61,764 bases of DNA, filler included, from Nitrospinota bacterium (GCA_030620925.1; 8 parts of 8 records of this genome joined end to end with filler, not necessarily neighbours in it); one strand, 5' to 3'; shown: positions 29,063 through 38,254, counted from the first letter of the whole stretch. Notes: generated by a model not told the origin, from the sequence alone. Numbers and translations are program-made.

Positions 29063-31234
29063 ATGGGACTAAACCCCGAAACGCAATTCCCTGGAAAAAT
29101 AGAACCCTCGAGCCCCGAGTACCCCTATGGGGAAGCAAGAAATGTCACGGTATCTGGAGACGGAACCGGAACCCCGTGGATCGCAGCCCTCACGAACGAC
29201 TTATTTGGGCTACAGCAAACCCTACTCTCTGAGGCTGGCATAGTGCCAAGCGGGAACCCAGATACAGTGGTAGATTCGGACTATTTTAATGCGTTCCGGT
29301 TGTTATTCGGTAGAGCGGTTAAAAACATTGTGGACTTAAGACTCGAAGAAGGTGTGGCCCAGGGGCAGCTCATGGACGTTTTGGGCCACACGGTAGCTGG
29401 CGACGGCGGTGGCGGGCCCCCCAGAACGTGGAATGTGGGCGCAGGTCAAATAGACGACGGCGTCAGCATAGTGGTACCCGGTGGCATTATCGGAACCCCG
29501 TCCACGACGGGTGCCTGGGTTTGGCCCGAAGGTTCTGTGGTCTCCTACCGCGCGTGGGGCGGCATAGTTGAGGCCGTTACCGGGATAGGATCAAGTCAGG
29601 TCAAACTTACCATAGACGCCCCCTTCGAGCTTGCAGCGGATCTGGTCGTCCCCCGGAACATAGAGTTGATCTGGAACATTAACTCCCTGGCCTCGGCTTC
29701 TGGGCCTTTTACCCTCACCTTGTTACGGCGGCCGAGAGCTGGAAGATACCAACTTTTTGACGAAACCGTAACGGCGCAAGCGGGGTCAGGTCTGGGCCAG
29801 AAGTTCCCATCTGGACATGCTGAGTGGTGGGGGTTGTCGGAGGCGGGTACTGACGCCTTGAACTCCATAGCGCTCCAGGCCTCCGTAGACAACGCCAGCT
29901 CATGCGCCTGGCCTGCGGGCACGTACGCTTACGATGTGGGGTTAGTTATAGACACTGCCGGTAAATGGGGTGGGCTATCCTCTTGTGGCGCGGCGGGTAA
30001 CTCCGGCGGGGAACCCGACGTAAACACCACGCGGATAATATATACTGGAACCGGTCGAGGCATCGACGTCGTTGGCTCAGGCACCGAGGGTAAGGAGAAC
30101 ATCCATCTGCACGATTTCTCACTGTGGGACGGTAGTGGGTTCCTGGCATCCGCCGGGCTCTACTTAGGTTCGGGGGTTTTGGTAACAAAAAGCAGTTTTA
30201 AAAATATCCACCTTAAAAACTTCCAAAAAGTGGGTGCGTTCGGGCTTGAGATCGGGAAGTGTTTGGAAAGCATATTTGAGAACGTTTATGCCCAGGATTG
30301 TTATGACGGTATAGGGTCTTTAAACGGAACCATGACAACACTTAATTTTACCAGTTGCTGGTCCCGTACAAACCTGCGATATGGGTGGAGTTTTAATAGT
30401 GCTGTAGGTAACGGGAGCAGTTTCTATAATTGTCTGGCTGAAGGGAACGGCGACGCGGGGCTCGTATTAGACGGAGTCCGTTCTATGGATTTCATAAACT
30501 GGTATTCCGAGGCTAATAACCTTACCAGTTTCACGACACCGATTATTATTGGCAACAGTACTCTCGCCAACAACATACGTTTCTTCGGTGGCACAATAGA
30601 CGATGCCGTGGGCGGAACTTCAGTACGCCTGGATAACGCCGAACGTGTGGTCTTTTATGATATGTCCCTAACTACTTTTAACAACGGGTTTATGACCGCC
30701 TCGGCCAACACTTTGCAGTGCGCATTTTACACCACATCTGGAGCGGGTTTAGTCGCGGGGGTAGCTTCGGGCGTTAACGTCGTAGATGCAAAACTCCGAG
30801 ACTCGGTTCGCCCGTCTTTCTTAGCCAATATCACCGCCTCTCAGAATAACGTGACTGGGGACGGAACGTCTTATGACTTAACGGGGCCTATATGGACCGA
30901 AGACCACAACGTGGCCTCCGGCTTTACGAACGGTACCTTTACCGCCCCTATAGTAGGTAACTATAGTTTTAGTGGGATCTGGAACCTGAGAGGTCTAACC
31001 GTGGCCCATACGAATATAATACTCCAGTTAGTAACCACGGGGGGCACCTACCTTATGGGGCTGTATGGGTCTGGGGCAGCTAACGTATCTGGCGACTTAG
31101 CCTTGGCCGGTAGCCTTTGCAGTGTTCCGATGGATTTAGGGGATACCGCTATTTTAAATGTAATAGTCCAAAATGGTACCATAGTCGTAGATATTGACCC
31201 GACAACTATTTTTTCCGGTTTTTTAAATCCCTAA
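29063..31234 (+). CDS. Tail fibre/tailspike with beta-helix region and C1q-like C-terminus
   Basis: AAGGAG RBS; N-terminal anchor (GDGTGTPW); DALNSIALQA...PAGTY beta-helix start; Asn/Gly-rich coils; PSFLA...FTAPIVGNYSF. Confidence 0.8.
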   Translation: MGLNPETQFPGKIEPSSPEYPYGEARNVTVSGDGTGTPWIAALTNDLFGLQQTLLSEAGIVPSGNPDTVVDSDYFNAFRLLFGRAVKNIVDLRLEEGVAQGQLMDVLGHTVAGDGGGGPPRTWNVGAGQIDDGVSIVVPGGIIGTPSTTGAWVWPEGSVVSYRAWGGIVEAVTGIGSSQVKLTIDAPFELAADLVVPRNIELIWNINSLASASGPFTLTLLRRPRAGRYQLFDETVTAQAGSGLGQKFPSGHAEWWGLSEAGTDALNSIALQASVDNASSCAWPAGTYAYDVGLVIDTAGKWGGLSSCGAAGNSGGEPDVNTTRIIYTGTGRGIDVVGSGTEGKENIHLHDFSLWDGSGFLASAGLYLGSGVLVTKSSFKNIHLKNFQKVGAFGLEIGKCLESIFENVYAQDCYDGIGSLNGTMTTLNFTSCWSRTNLRYGWSFNSAVGNGSSFYNCLAEGNGDAGLVLDGVRSMDFINWYSEANNLTSFTTPIIIGNSTLANNIRFFGGTIDDAVGGTSVRLDNAERVVFYDMSLTTFNNGFMTASANTLQCAFYTTSGAGLVAGVASGVNVVDAKLRDSVRPSFLANITASQNNVTGDGTSYDLTGPIWTEDHNVASGFTNGTFTAPIVGNYSFSGIWNLRGLTVAHTNIILQLVTTGGTYLMGLYGSGAANVSGDLALAGSLCSVPMDLGDTAILNVIVQNGTIVVDIDPTTIFSGFLNP

Positions 31235-31248
31235 GGAGGCAAGTCCAC

Positions 31249-32157
31249 ATGTGGAACCCTTTCAGCATAGGTAAAATTGTAGAGGGGGTGGCGTCCGGCG
31301 CCGACTCCCTTATACAAACGTTTCGGGGCAGTACCCAGGAACGGGACCAGCAGTCCCACGACGAGTTCAACACGGTCCAAAAGTCGTTCGCAGCGGAGTT
31401 CAACGCTCGGACAAACCGTAGTTGGTGGGACTCGTTGTGGGACGGGTTTAATAGGATGCCGCGCCCGGTAACGTTCCTGGCGTTAGTGTACTATTTCCAA
31501 CTCGCCTATGCTGACCCCGCAAAGTTTCAGATTTTAAATGTCGTTCTTGACTCTATCCCGGATCGGATGTGGGGTATGGCATTTATGATTTTAGGTTTCT
31601 ATTTTACCTTAAAACATAGCCAGCGTATGCAGGAGACAAAAGGTAAGCTCGCCCAGAGTGACAAGGAGTTTGCTGCAATGCAAGGGCGGATAAAAGCTCT
31701 CCGGAGCCAGCCAGAAGCGCCCCAGGTGGAGCAGTTGCCGCCGGGGTATCTTACGGCCCGGTCTGAAATGGAAACAGGCGTACAGGAGATCAAAGGCGCC
31801 GAGGATAACCCCCGGATAGTTGAATACCATAAGGCTACAAGTCTGAAAGCGGGCAACGACGAAACCGCCTGGTGCTCCGCTTTTGTAAACTGGTGCATGC
31901 TGACCGCCGGGATAGCCCGAACAGATAAAGCGAACGCTCGCTCCTGGCTCGACTGGGGCGTACCTCTCACTGAGCCTCAGGAGGGATGTGTTGTGGTATT
32001 CAAGCGCGGCTCAGAAGCTTGGCAAGGCCACGTTGGTTTTTTCGTTGGATTTCAGGGGGACCAGGTGCTATGCTTAGGGGGTAATCAAGGTAACGAAATT
32101 AATATTTCCGGGTACTCTAAAAGTAGGGTTCTCGGATACCGATGGGCTAAAACTTAA
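31249..32157 (+). CDS. GTA-type 3TM-family holin fused to a TIGR02594 (NlpC/P60-like) cell-wall hydrolase domain
   Basis: N-half FAAEF...WDGFNRMPRP...IPDRMW...LGFYF; C-half EIKG...NPRIVEY...DETAWCSAFVNW...ARSW...GHVGF...LGGNQ; one continuous ORF. Confidence 0.82.
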   Translation: MWNPFSIGKIVEGVASGADSLIQTFRGSTQERDQQSHDEFNTVQKSFAAEFNARTNRSWWDSLWDGFNRMPRPVTFLALVYYFQLAYADPAKFQILNVVLDSIPDRMWGMAFMILGFYFTLKHSQRMQETKGKLAQSDKEFAAMQGRIKALRSQPEAPQVEQLPPGYLTARSEMETGVQEIKGAEDNPRIVEYHKATSLKAGNDETAWCSAFVNWCMLTAGIARTDKANARSWLDWGVPLTEPQEGCVVVFKRGSEAWQGHVGFFVGFQGDQVLCLGGNQGNEINISGYSKSRVLGYRWAKT

Positions 32158-32171
32158 ACAGGGGAGAGATC

Positions 32172-32234
32172 ATGGCACCAAAAGCCTCAGGCGGTAAAGG
32201 CAAAAAACGGCCTAAACCAAAGACTAAAAAATGA
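32172..32234 (+). CDS. 20-aa Lys-rich peptide MAPKASGGKGKKRPKPKTKK
   Basis: GGGGAG RBS; stop overlaps the next start (ATGA). Confidence 0.5.
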   Translation: MAPKASGGKGKKRPKPKTKK

Positions 32235-32695
32235 TTATAAATCTCCTGATATGTGCGGCCTTGTGTCTCGGTACGCTCCAGACCAAATGGTGGGACCGGT
32301 ACGCGGCGCTGTTTTTCTTGACGCCGGTAGTGCTGGTGAATGCAGTCGGTGAGAGCATACCAGGAGAGTTTTACTATTTTACATGCGCGGCCATGGATAG
32401 GGAGGTATTATTTTTCCTGGTAAGTTCAGGGCTATTTATCGAGCTGGCGTGTGCGGCCTTCGCTGCAATCGTATTAAGCTTTTTCGGGTGGGGGCTTTGG
32501 GTAGCCTACCAGCCGCCCACCTGCTATAATCTCGCGTCAACTCTATATTATATTTGGGTTCTGTCTATTTTGCTGAAAGGGAGCGGGGCGCGTGCAGGAA
32601 TTAAAAGCCTTCTTGATGATTATCGGCGGCCTGCTTTGGTTCATAGCCACGATTTACAGATGCTGGGCAAAGGTGGTGCAACGTGGACCGAATAG
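32231..32695 (+). CDS. Hypothetical multi-pass membrane protein
   Basis: 154 aa with several hydrophobic segments, in the lysis region. Confidence 0.65.
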   Translation: MIINLLICAALCLGTLQTKWWDRYAALFFLTPVVLVNAVGESIPGEFYYFTCAAMDREVLFFLVSSGLFIELACAAFAAIVLSFFGWGLWVAYQPPTCYNLASTLYYIWVLSILLKGSGARAGIKSLLDDYRRPALVHSHDLQMLGKGGATWTE

Positions 32696-32934
32696 AAACC
32701 TTGACCTCCTCCGGGACCGCTCTCGCCCTGGCGGGGAAAATTGTAGGGGTGATCCCTGACGTGCTGGCCTGCGTGGCCTTGGTGGTGGGTATAATCCTGT
32801 CAACCTGGCTCATACGTAAAGCTCGGGCCGATACGAAACTGGCCTTACAGAATGCGACATTGAAAGAGCTTGAGATTGGAATACTTAGAGAGCAGGTCCG
32901 CCCTGTGTCGGAGCGGACCCGCGAAGAGGATTAG
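32683..32934 (+). CDS. Small membrane protein, possible holin or antiholin
   Basis: 83 aa, TM helix plus charged C-terminus. Confidence 0.55.
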   Translation: MDRIETLTSSGTALALAGKIVGVIPDVLACVALVVGIILSTWLIRKARADTKLALQNATLKELEIGILREQVRPVSERTREED

Positions 32935-33179
32935 TATTTAGGGGCGGCCCGGTCGGGACCTTGTTCCTTATCTGTTTTAAGAGATATAACTACTTCGGGG
33001 AGTATCTCCAGCCGGTTTGAGTCGAACCAGTGGGGCTCCGGTTTCTTGTTGGGATCGTCGGTTTTAGGTGAGACTAAATATTGGTCGCAGCCGGTAAGGT
33101 ATTGGCAGAAACCTACGATTATCCCGCTAAAACCTGTTACAATGTCTGTACATTTTTTCCCTAAGTTTCGGTTTTTCAT
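32931..33179 (-). CDS. Hypothetical phage protein, SH3-like fold pattern
   Basis: LGKKCTDIVTGFSGIIVG...YLTGCDQYLVSP...WFD; GGAGG RBS. Confidence 0.75.
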   Translation of the reverse strand: MKNRNLGKKCTDIVTGFSGIIVGFCQYLTGCDQYLVSPKTDDPNKKPEPHWFDSNRLEILPEVVISLKTDKEQGPDRAAPKY

Positions 33180-33183
33180 ATCT

Positions 33184-33354
33184 CTAAACCTCCTTGTCTG
33201 CTTCGAAAAAAGAATAGATACACTCTACGTCAGAGCACCCCCAGGTAATACCGTTCTGTTTGGGTTCTCCGTGAAGGGGTTTTCCACACGTATCGCAGGT
33301 TAGGAGTGCGAGGGCCCTCTCCGCCTTGTCAAAATCTTCGTAGAAATCTGCCAT
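33184..33354 (-). CDS. 56-aa Zn-ribbon-like phage protein (not in ORF track)
   Basis: MADFYEDFDKAERALALLTCDTCGKPLHGEPKQNGITWGCSDVECIYSFFEADKEV; AGGAGG RBS; fills the gap between neighbours. Confidence 0.65.
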   Translation of the reverse strand: MADFYEDFDKAERALALLTCDTCGKPLHGEPKQNGITWGCSDVECIYSFFEADKEV

Positions 33355-33357
33355 GGT

Positions 33358-33579
33358 TTACTCCTCCTTAAAATTACATTCATTGTCATAAATCCCTTTA
33401 TAGTCCGGCCGGCCTATGCTCGGGTCGTTGCTTTCTTTCCGTAGCCGGACCATTTCACAGTAGTTTTGCCGGGTATGCTTGGCTATTTCTGCCGGGGTGG
33501 GGGACGTCCTCTCTGCCCTAATCCCCACCCCTATGCAAAAACATAGGGCGAACAGTACGAGTTTTTCCGTGAGGTTCAT
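33358..33579 (-). CDS. Hypothetical phage protein with N-terminal hydrophobic segment
   Basis: 73 aa; YCEMV...PDYKGIYDNEC; coupled to the upstream gene. Confidence 0.65.
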   Translation of the reverse strand: MNLTEKLVLFALCFCIGVGIRAERTSPTPAEIAKHTRQNYCEMVRLRKESNDPSIGRPDYKGIYDNECNFKEE

Positions 33580-33910
33580 ATCCCCCCCATTTCCCCAACT
33601 CTATGAAACTGGTTAACATAATCTCTAATCGCCGAGAGTATGGCCTTTTCCTCGTCCGTGACGTCTTCCGCGTGCTTCAAAAGGCTGGCGAAATGATATC
33701 CAATTTGTCTCCGTTGTTTCAGGTCAGTTTTCATCTTTAAAGAACCGCACCAAAGCGGCAAACTTGAAAAGTCAAGGTTCGCCCGGGTCAGGTCCGCCCG
33801 GGTCAGGTTCGCCCCGGTCAGGTTCGCCCGGGTCAGGTTCGCCCAGGTCAGGTCCGCCCGGGTCAGGTCCGCCCGGGTCAGGTCCGCCCAGGTCAGGTCC
33901 GCCCGGGTCA
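33576..33910 (-). CDS. Pentapeptide-repeat protein (5' truncated)
   Basis: A(D/N)LT(R/W/G) repeats continue in frame into LDFSSLPLWCGSLKMK...YHF. Confidence 0.88.
33770..33910. repeat. 15-bp tandem repeat (about 9 copies) encoding the pentapeptide repeats
   Basis: GGTCAGGT(C/T)CGCCC(G/A/C) units running to the contig end. Confidence 0.92.
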
Positions 33911-34010
33911 NNNNNNNNNNNNNNNNNNNNNNNNNNNNNNNNNNNNNNNNNNNNTTAATTAATTAANNNNNNNNNNNNNNNNNNNNNNNNNNNNNNNNNN
34001 NNNNNNNNNN

Positions 34011-34456
34011 GCGCTGTCCAGTTTGTTTCCGGGTAAGGGGACCAATCGTGAGGCCGCCTTATTCAGCGCCGGGGCATCCACTCCGATCTCTTCAGCCAAG
34101 TTATCTATAAAATCCTGGCTTAGAGGTCGATCAGGAGAAATACTGCCCATGACGATATAACCCATAATCTCATCGTCCATTATGATGGGGACTTCAATAT
34201 GTTTCAGGCCAGCGGCACAGATGCCACTCTGGATTTCTACCTTATTGCGAATCGTCCTTTCGGCGGCCACGCTTTTGCAGATTTTCATACCTTTCGGCGT
34301 ACTCCTTACGATTTTACAAAAATCGGGTAGTCCATTTTCTTCAGTTACCCGATCCCCGTCACTATCATGGACATGGAGAGTAAGACCGGTAAGGGCATGA
34401 AAATCGTCCTGGATATCCTGTAACAGCCTGGCGTTTAGTAGGTCTATTAACCTCAA
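34011..34456 (-). CDS. PocR ligand-binding domain protein (3' truncated)
   Basis: LQDIQDDF...TGL; FCKIVRSTPKGMKIC; ICAAGL...VPI. Confidence 0.85.
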
Positions 34457-34563
34457 CTTTCCCCCCTTCCCAATCGGGAAGCGAAAAATTATCTATCCTT
34501 TTATATTAAAGGCAGAATATCCATCCAAGTATGATCACTCTTGATCCATACCTTCTCCACATG

Positions 34564-35178
34564 CTACTTTATTCCTGACAGTTTCTTAAAAGGCTGATCC
34601 ACGGTTAAACCCATCATCTTGTAAATCCAACTTATAAATTCAAACATGTCGATCGGTTTCGGCAGACAGTGGTCAGCGCCGCACTTTTTGATCTTCTCAA
34701 TATTTGCGGACGAATAGAAGCCGGTTATGGCCAGGACCTTTATATCGCTGGTGTCGGGATCATTTTTCAGATTAGAGCAGACCTGAAACCCGTCCAGACC
34801 GGGCATCATGAGGTCCAGGACGACCAGATGGGGCTTAAAGCTGTAAACCAGTCTGCCGGCATCGAAACCGTTTTCGGCTGTGGCAAGCTCGAAATTTTCG
34901 TTGATTTCTTCAAGGAACTTAACGATGGTTTTTAAAAGATCGACGTCGTCGTCTACGATCAATAGCTTCTTTGAAGTGTCTGTCGATAACCTGTCTCCGC
35001 GCATACCGGAGGTTGTGAGGAAATCATCCATGTCATTTTTTTTGATGCGCCTGTGTCCCCCCGGCGTTTTATACGACTCGAGGATCCCTTTTTTTATCCA
35101 GTTCCGTATTGTGCTGTTATGAACACCGCAATAATCTGCGGCTTCAAACGTGGTAAAGACCTTTTTACTGTTTTTCAT
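34564..35178 (-). CDS. Response regulator with N-terminal excisionase-type HTH
   Basis: FTTFEAADYCGV...YKTPGGHRRI; LIVDDD, LDLMMPGLDG, KP. Confidence 0.9.
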   Translation of the reverse strand: MKNSKKVFTTFEAADYCGVHNSTIRNWIKKGILESYKTPGGHRRIKKNDMDDFLTTSGMRGDRLSTDTSKKLLIVDDDVDLLKTIVKFLEEINENFELATAENGFDAGRLVYSFKPHLVVLDLMMPGLDGFQVCSNLKNDPDTSDIKVLAITGFYSSANIEKIKKCGADHCLPKPIDMFEFISWIYKMMGLTVDQPFKKLSGIK

Positions 35179-35614
35179 GACTCAAAGTGTCTCCTCTTAA
35201 AATTCCAATTAATATAATTATTATCGGAATATTTATATAATTATTGAGGGTAAAATGACCTTTTTGTTGTAATTGTCATAAGAAAATCCATTATCAGGTG
35301 TAATCAGGTGCAATTATTGTTAGGAATGATGTTTATATTCTTGAAATTAGGGCTTAGTACCTGCGCGGACCGATTTTTCGAGAAGGATTGAAATTGGGGT
35401 GTATGGAGTCAGGAAATAGCGAGTATTGCCGGGATTTCAGGGGGAAAGGTTTTATATTGAGCGGATTTAGCTAATGAACGCAGTTTCAGTCGGTGCGTTA
35501 CATTGAGCATCTATGAAAAATATAAATAGGAAGGTTCTGCTCGACAGTGGAAAAAGCACTGCTGCCGGCCCCGCGGCCCTATGCAGGCACGAGGCCGGTC
35601 GCAGTGCCTGTTTA

Positions 35615-36292
35615 TCATGCGGCGGCTGTTTCTTTTTCGAAGGTGAACCCCAGCCTTTCGCAAATGGTTTCCGCCCGGCTGTAGCAGGCCTCTCTGATCT
35701 CATCAGAGGATAGCCCCACGTCCTCCCACAACTCGTCAAAGCGGATGGGCAGCGCCAGCCAGTAATTTCGCATGGCCAGGATCTTTTCGTTGATTCGTTT
35801 CTGCATTCCGAGCCGCTCCCGGGGAGAAGCCGCTTCGAGGACTTTCCTTATCTCCTCTACTGCGTAACCTGTCTGCCTGTTTTCCTCTTCTATGGGAAGA
35901 TCCAGAGCCTGCCTGGTCCGGGCGTCGGCTTTCTCGTAGACTTTCTCCACGGCCGCTATGCCCACCCCTTCGATGGCCAACTGCAGGCAGGTTAAAAAGT
36001 CGAACCATTCCATTTCCGCCAGCTCATCCCTTATCCGCGTATATAACTCCGGGGGGATTTTATCTTCCATAATGATTCCCAGCTCAGCCAGGCGATCCTT
36101 TTGCAGAAGATAGTGCTTCCTCTCTTCTTCCACCTGGAGGGCCATGTTAAGCTTGGCTTCTTTGTCTTCTTCCATGAGCATACGTTTAGCGCAGGCTTCC
36201 ATGGATAGGAAATCGATTTGTGCGTAAACGCTTATCAATTCGACAACGGCTGATTTATACCTTTGGTCGCTGTTCATGTCCTCTTCCTTCAT
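35615..36292 (-). CDS. Ferritin-like (di-iron carboxylate fold) protein
   Basis: Helical; EEERKH, IEGVG, EEENRQ spacing typical of the fold. Confidence 0.65.
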   Translation of the reverse strand: MKEEDMNSDQRYKSAVVELISVYAQIDFLSMEACAKRMLMEEDKEAKLNMALQVEEERKHYLLQKDRLAELGIIMEDKIPPELYTRIRDELAEMEWFDFLTCLQLAIEGVGIAAVEKVYEKADARTRQALDLPIEEENRQTGYAVEEIRKVLEAASPRERLGMQKRINEKILAMRNYWLALPIRFDELWEDVGLSSDEIREACYSRAETICERLGFTFEKETAAA

Positions 36293-36582
36293 GGTTGTTA
36301 CCGGGTTTTGCCGCCTCAGGGCGAAATAAAACTATTTTTGTCCTGTATAGGTTTTAGTTTATATTGAGGTAGTTATTTCGGCAAATATTTTTTTGAACAC
36401 TTTGTCTATGGAAGGGTAAAAGAAAAGGTAATGCCTGACGATTTGGAACTGATTTGACCTGTAATTCAGCTATTTAGATGAGCAAGCACAAAAGTTCAGG
36501 GGGAGCGCGCCCCGCGGCAGGCGGGGATTAAGGGGAGGGGGTATTTGAAAGCGCAAAAGAAAGCGGGTTTCCTCGGGTAGGC

Positions 36583-36897
36583 GAGATTCTTCGCTTCGCT
36601 CAGAATGACAGGATACTGCGTAGGGGCAGGTCGGACCGTGCCCTGGCTGAAAATAGTCTTACTTATTCAGTATTTATTACCGAATTCGTAGAGACAATTC
36701 ATGAATTGTCTCTACAAGAGGTTATACTTTACATGTTACTCAGGTTACTAGAGTCTCCCTCCCGTGAGGGGAGGGAAAAAGGGAGGGTGAACATGGGCGA
36801 CCGGCTGTTGCCCCTACGACACCCAACGCCCCCAGAAATTTCCCGTAGGGGCGGGTTTCAAACCCGCCCTATTGGGGCGTATGCAATACGCCCCTAC
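36583..36897. repeat. Cluster of REP-like palindromes
   Basis: GAGATTCTTCGCTTCGCTCAGAATGACA; GTAGGGGCAGG...; perfect 28-bp palindrome 36688-36715; GTAGGGGCGGGTTTCAAACCCGCCCT; GGGGCGTATGCAATACGCCCCTAC. Confidence 0.75.
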
Positions 36898-37046
36898 AAT
36901 CGCGCGGGACGTTGACAAAAAACCGCCTGCTTCTTGGCAGGCTCGAAGCCAATGTAACTGTTTGTTCTGTAAACATAAAAGCAACATATCACAGTAGAAG
37001 TTCTTTAGGTATTACCTGAGAAAATGCAGATGAATAGAGGAGGGTT

Positions 37047-38141
37047 TCAGACGTTGAACCGGAAAAGTATAATGTCGCCGTCCCGAACTTCGTAATCTCT
37101 GCCCTCGGTATGCACCAGGCCCTTCTCCCGCACCGCCTGGTAGGAGCCGTGCTCTATGAAGACCTTATAGGGAACGACCTCGGCCCGGATGAAGCCGCGC
37201 TGCATATCGGTATGTATCTTCCCTGCGGCCGCAGGGGCTTCAGTGCCCCGGGGGACCGCCCATGCCCGCACCTCGTCGCTGACGATGGTGAAGAAGGTGA
37301 CCAGGTCCAGCACCTGATAACCCACCTTTATCAGCCTTTCGACGCCCGATTCCTCCAAGCCTAATTCTTGAAGGAAGTCGCCCGCTTCGTCCCTGTCCAG
37401 CTCAGAGAGCTCCGCTTCCAGCTTACCGAATATTGTTATGGTCTGGCAGCCATCGGCGGCGGCGGCTTCTTCCACCTGGGCCCTGTATCTCTCTACGGTC
37501 GGTGTCGATTCCTCCCCGCAGTTTGCGATGTAGATGGTGGGCTTGGCGGTGAGCAGGCGGTACTCGCCTATATGTTCTTGATCCTCTTTAGAGAGGTCTT
37601 GCAGGCGCACCAGGATGCCATCGTTGAGAGAATTTTCTACCTTCCGGAACGTAACCATGGCCTCAGCGGCTTCCTTGTCGCCCCCCTTCACAAGTTTTTC
37701 TGTTTTGAGCATCGCCCTTTCCAGCGTTTGCAGATCGGCCAGGATGAGCTCTGTTTTGATGGTTGCGATGTCTTCCCCGGGTGAGATTTCAGGGGCTACG
37801 TGGGCCACATCTCCCGCCTCGAAGCATCGCACGGCGTGAAGAAGCGCATCCACCTCCCTGATGTGGGCCAGGAACTGGTTCCCCAGCCCCTCTCCCTTGT
37901 GCGCACCTTCTACCAACCCCGCAATATCCACGAACTCCAGGCTTGCGGGGGTTAACTTTTGCGGTTTGATGAGGTCCGCCAGTTTATCCAGGCGCTCATC
38001 GGGGACAGGGACGCGGGCCATGTTGGGCTCGATGGTGCAGAACGGGTATTTCTCTGCCTGGGCGTGTGAAGCGCTCAGCGCGTTGAAGATGGTTGACTTC
38101 CCAACGTTGGGGAGCCCCACTATGCCACAGGAGAAGCCCAT
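37047..38141 (-). CDS. ychF: Redox-regulated ATPase YchF
   Basis: GIVGLPNVGKST, YPFCTIEPN, DIAGLV, GLGNQFL, AGKIHTD, FRFNV. Confidence 0.97.
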   Translation of the reverse strand: MGFSCGIVGLPNVGKSTIFNALSASHAQAEKYPFCTIEPNMARVPVPDERLDKLADLIKPQKLTPASLEFVDIAGLVEGAHKGEGLGNQFLAHIREVDALLHAVRCFEAGDVAHVAPEISPGEDIATIKTELILADLQTLERAMLKTEKLVKGGDKEAAEAMVTFRKVENSLNDGILVRLQDLSKEDQEHIGEYRLLTAKPTIYIANCGEESTPTVERYRAQVEEAAAADGCQTITIFGKLEAELSELDRDEAGDFLQELGLEESGVERLIKVGYQVLDLVTFFTIVSDEVRAWAVPRGTEAPAAAGKIHTDMQRGFIRAEVVPYKVFIEHGSYQAVREKGLVHTEGRDYEVRDGDIILFRFNV

Positions 38142-38254
38142 GGAAAGGCCTGAAGAGAAGAAAGATTTAAAATCTTGAGGGGCCTTTCGTTTGCAAAAAG
38201 ACCCCCCAAAGTGTCTCAAATCGTACCAGACTCTATAGGAGTCTAATCTTTCGA

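Larger units (their letters stand above)
9457..33910 (+). mobile_element. Phage contig: packaging, head, contractile tail, baseplate and lysis module of a myovirus-type phage or prophage
   Basis: Co-oriented terminase-portal-protease-capsid-sheath-tube-tape measure-baseplate-tailspike-lysis genes; no integrase or host flank on the contig. Confidence 0.95.

Noticed and set aside
28236-31234. Diversity-generating retroelement acting on the tail fibre
   Set aside because: No reverse transcriptase on the contig, and no TR/VR pair differing at adenines was seen
33764-33958. Plus-strand Gly/Pro/Ser collagen-like ORF, or a CRISPR-like repeat array
   Set aside because: It is the antisense reading of the pentapeptide-repeat gene; the 15-bp units are contiguous with no spacers and no cas genes
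36706-36915. 69-aa ORF in the REP cluster
   Set aside because: Translation of palindromic repeats; no RBS or domain signal
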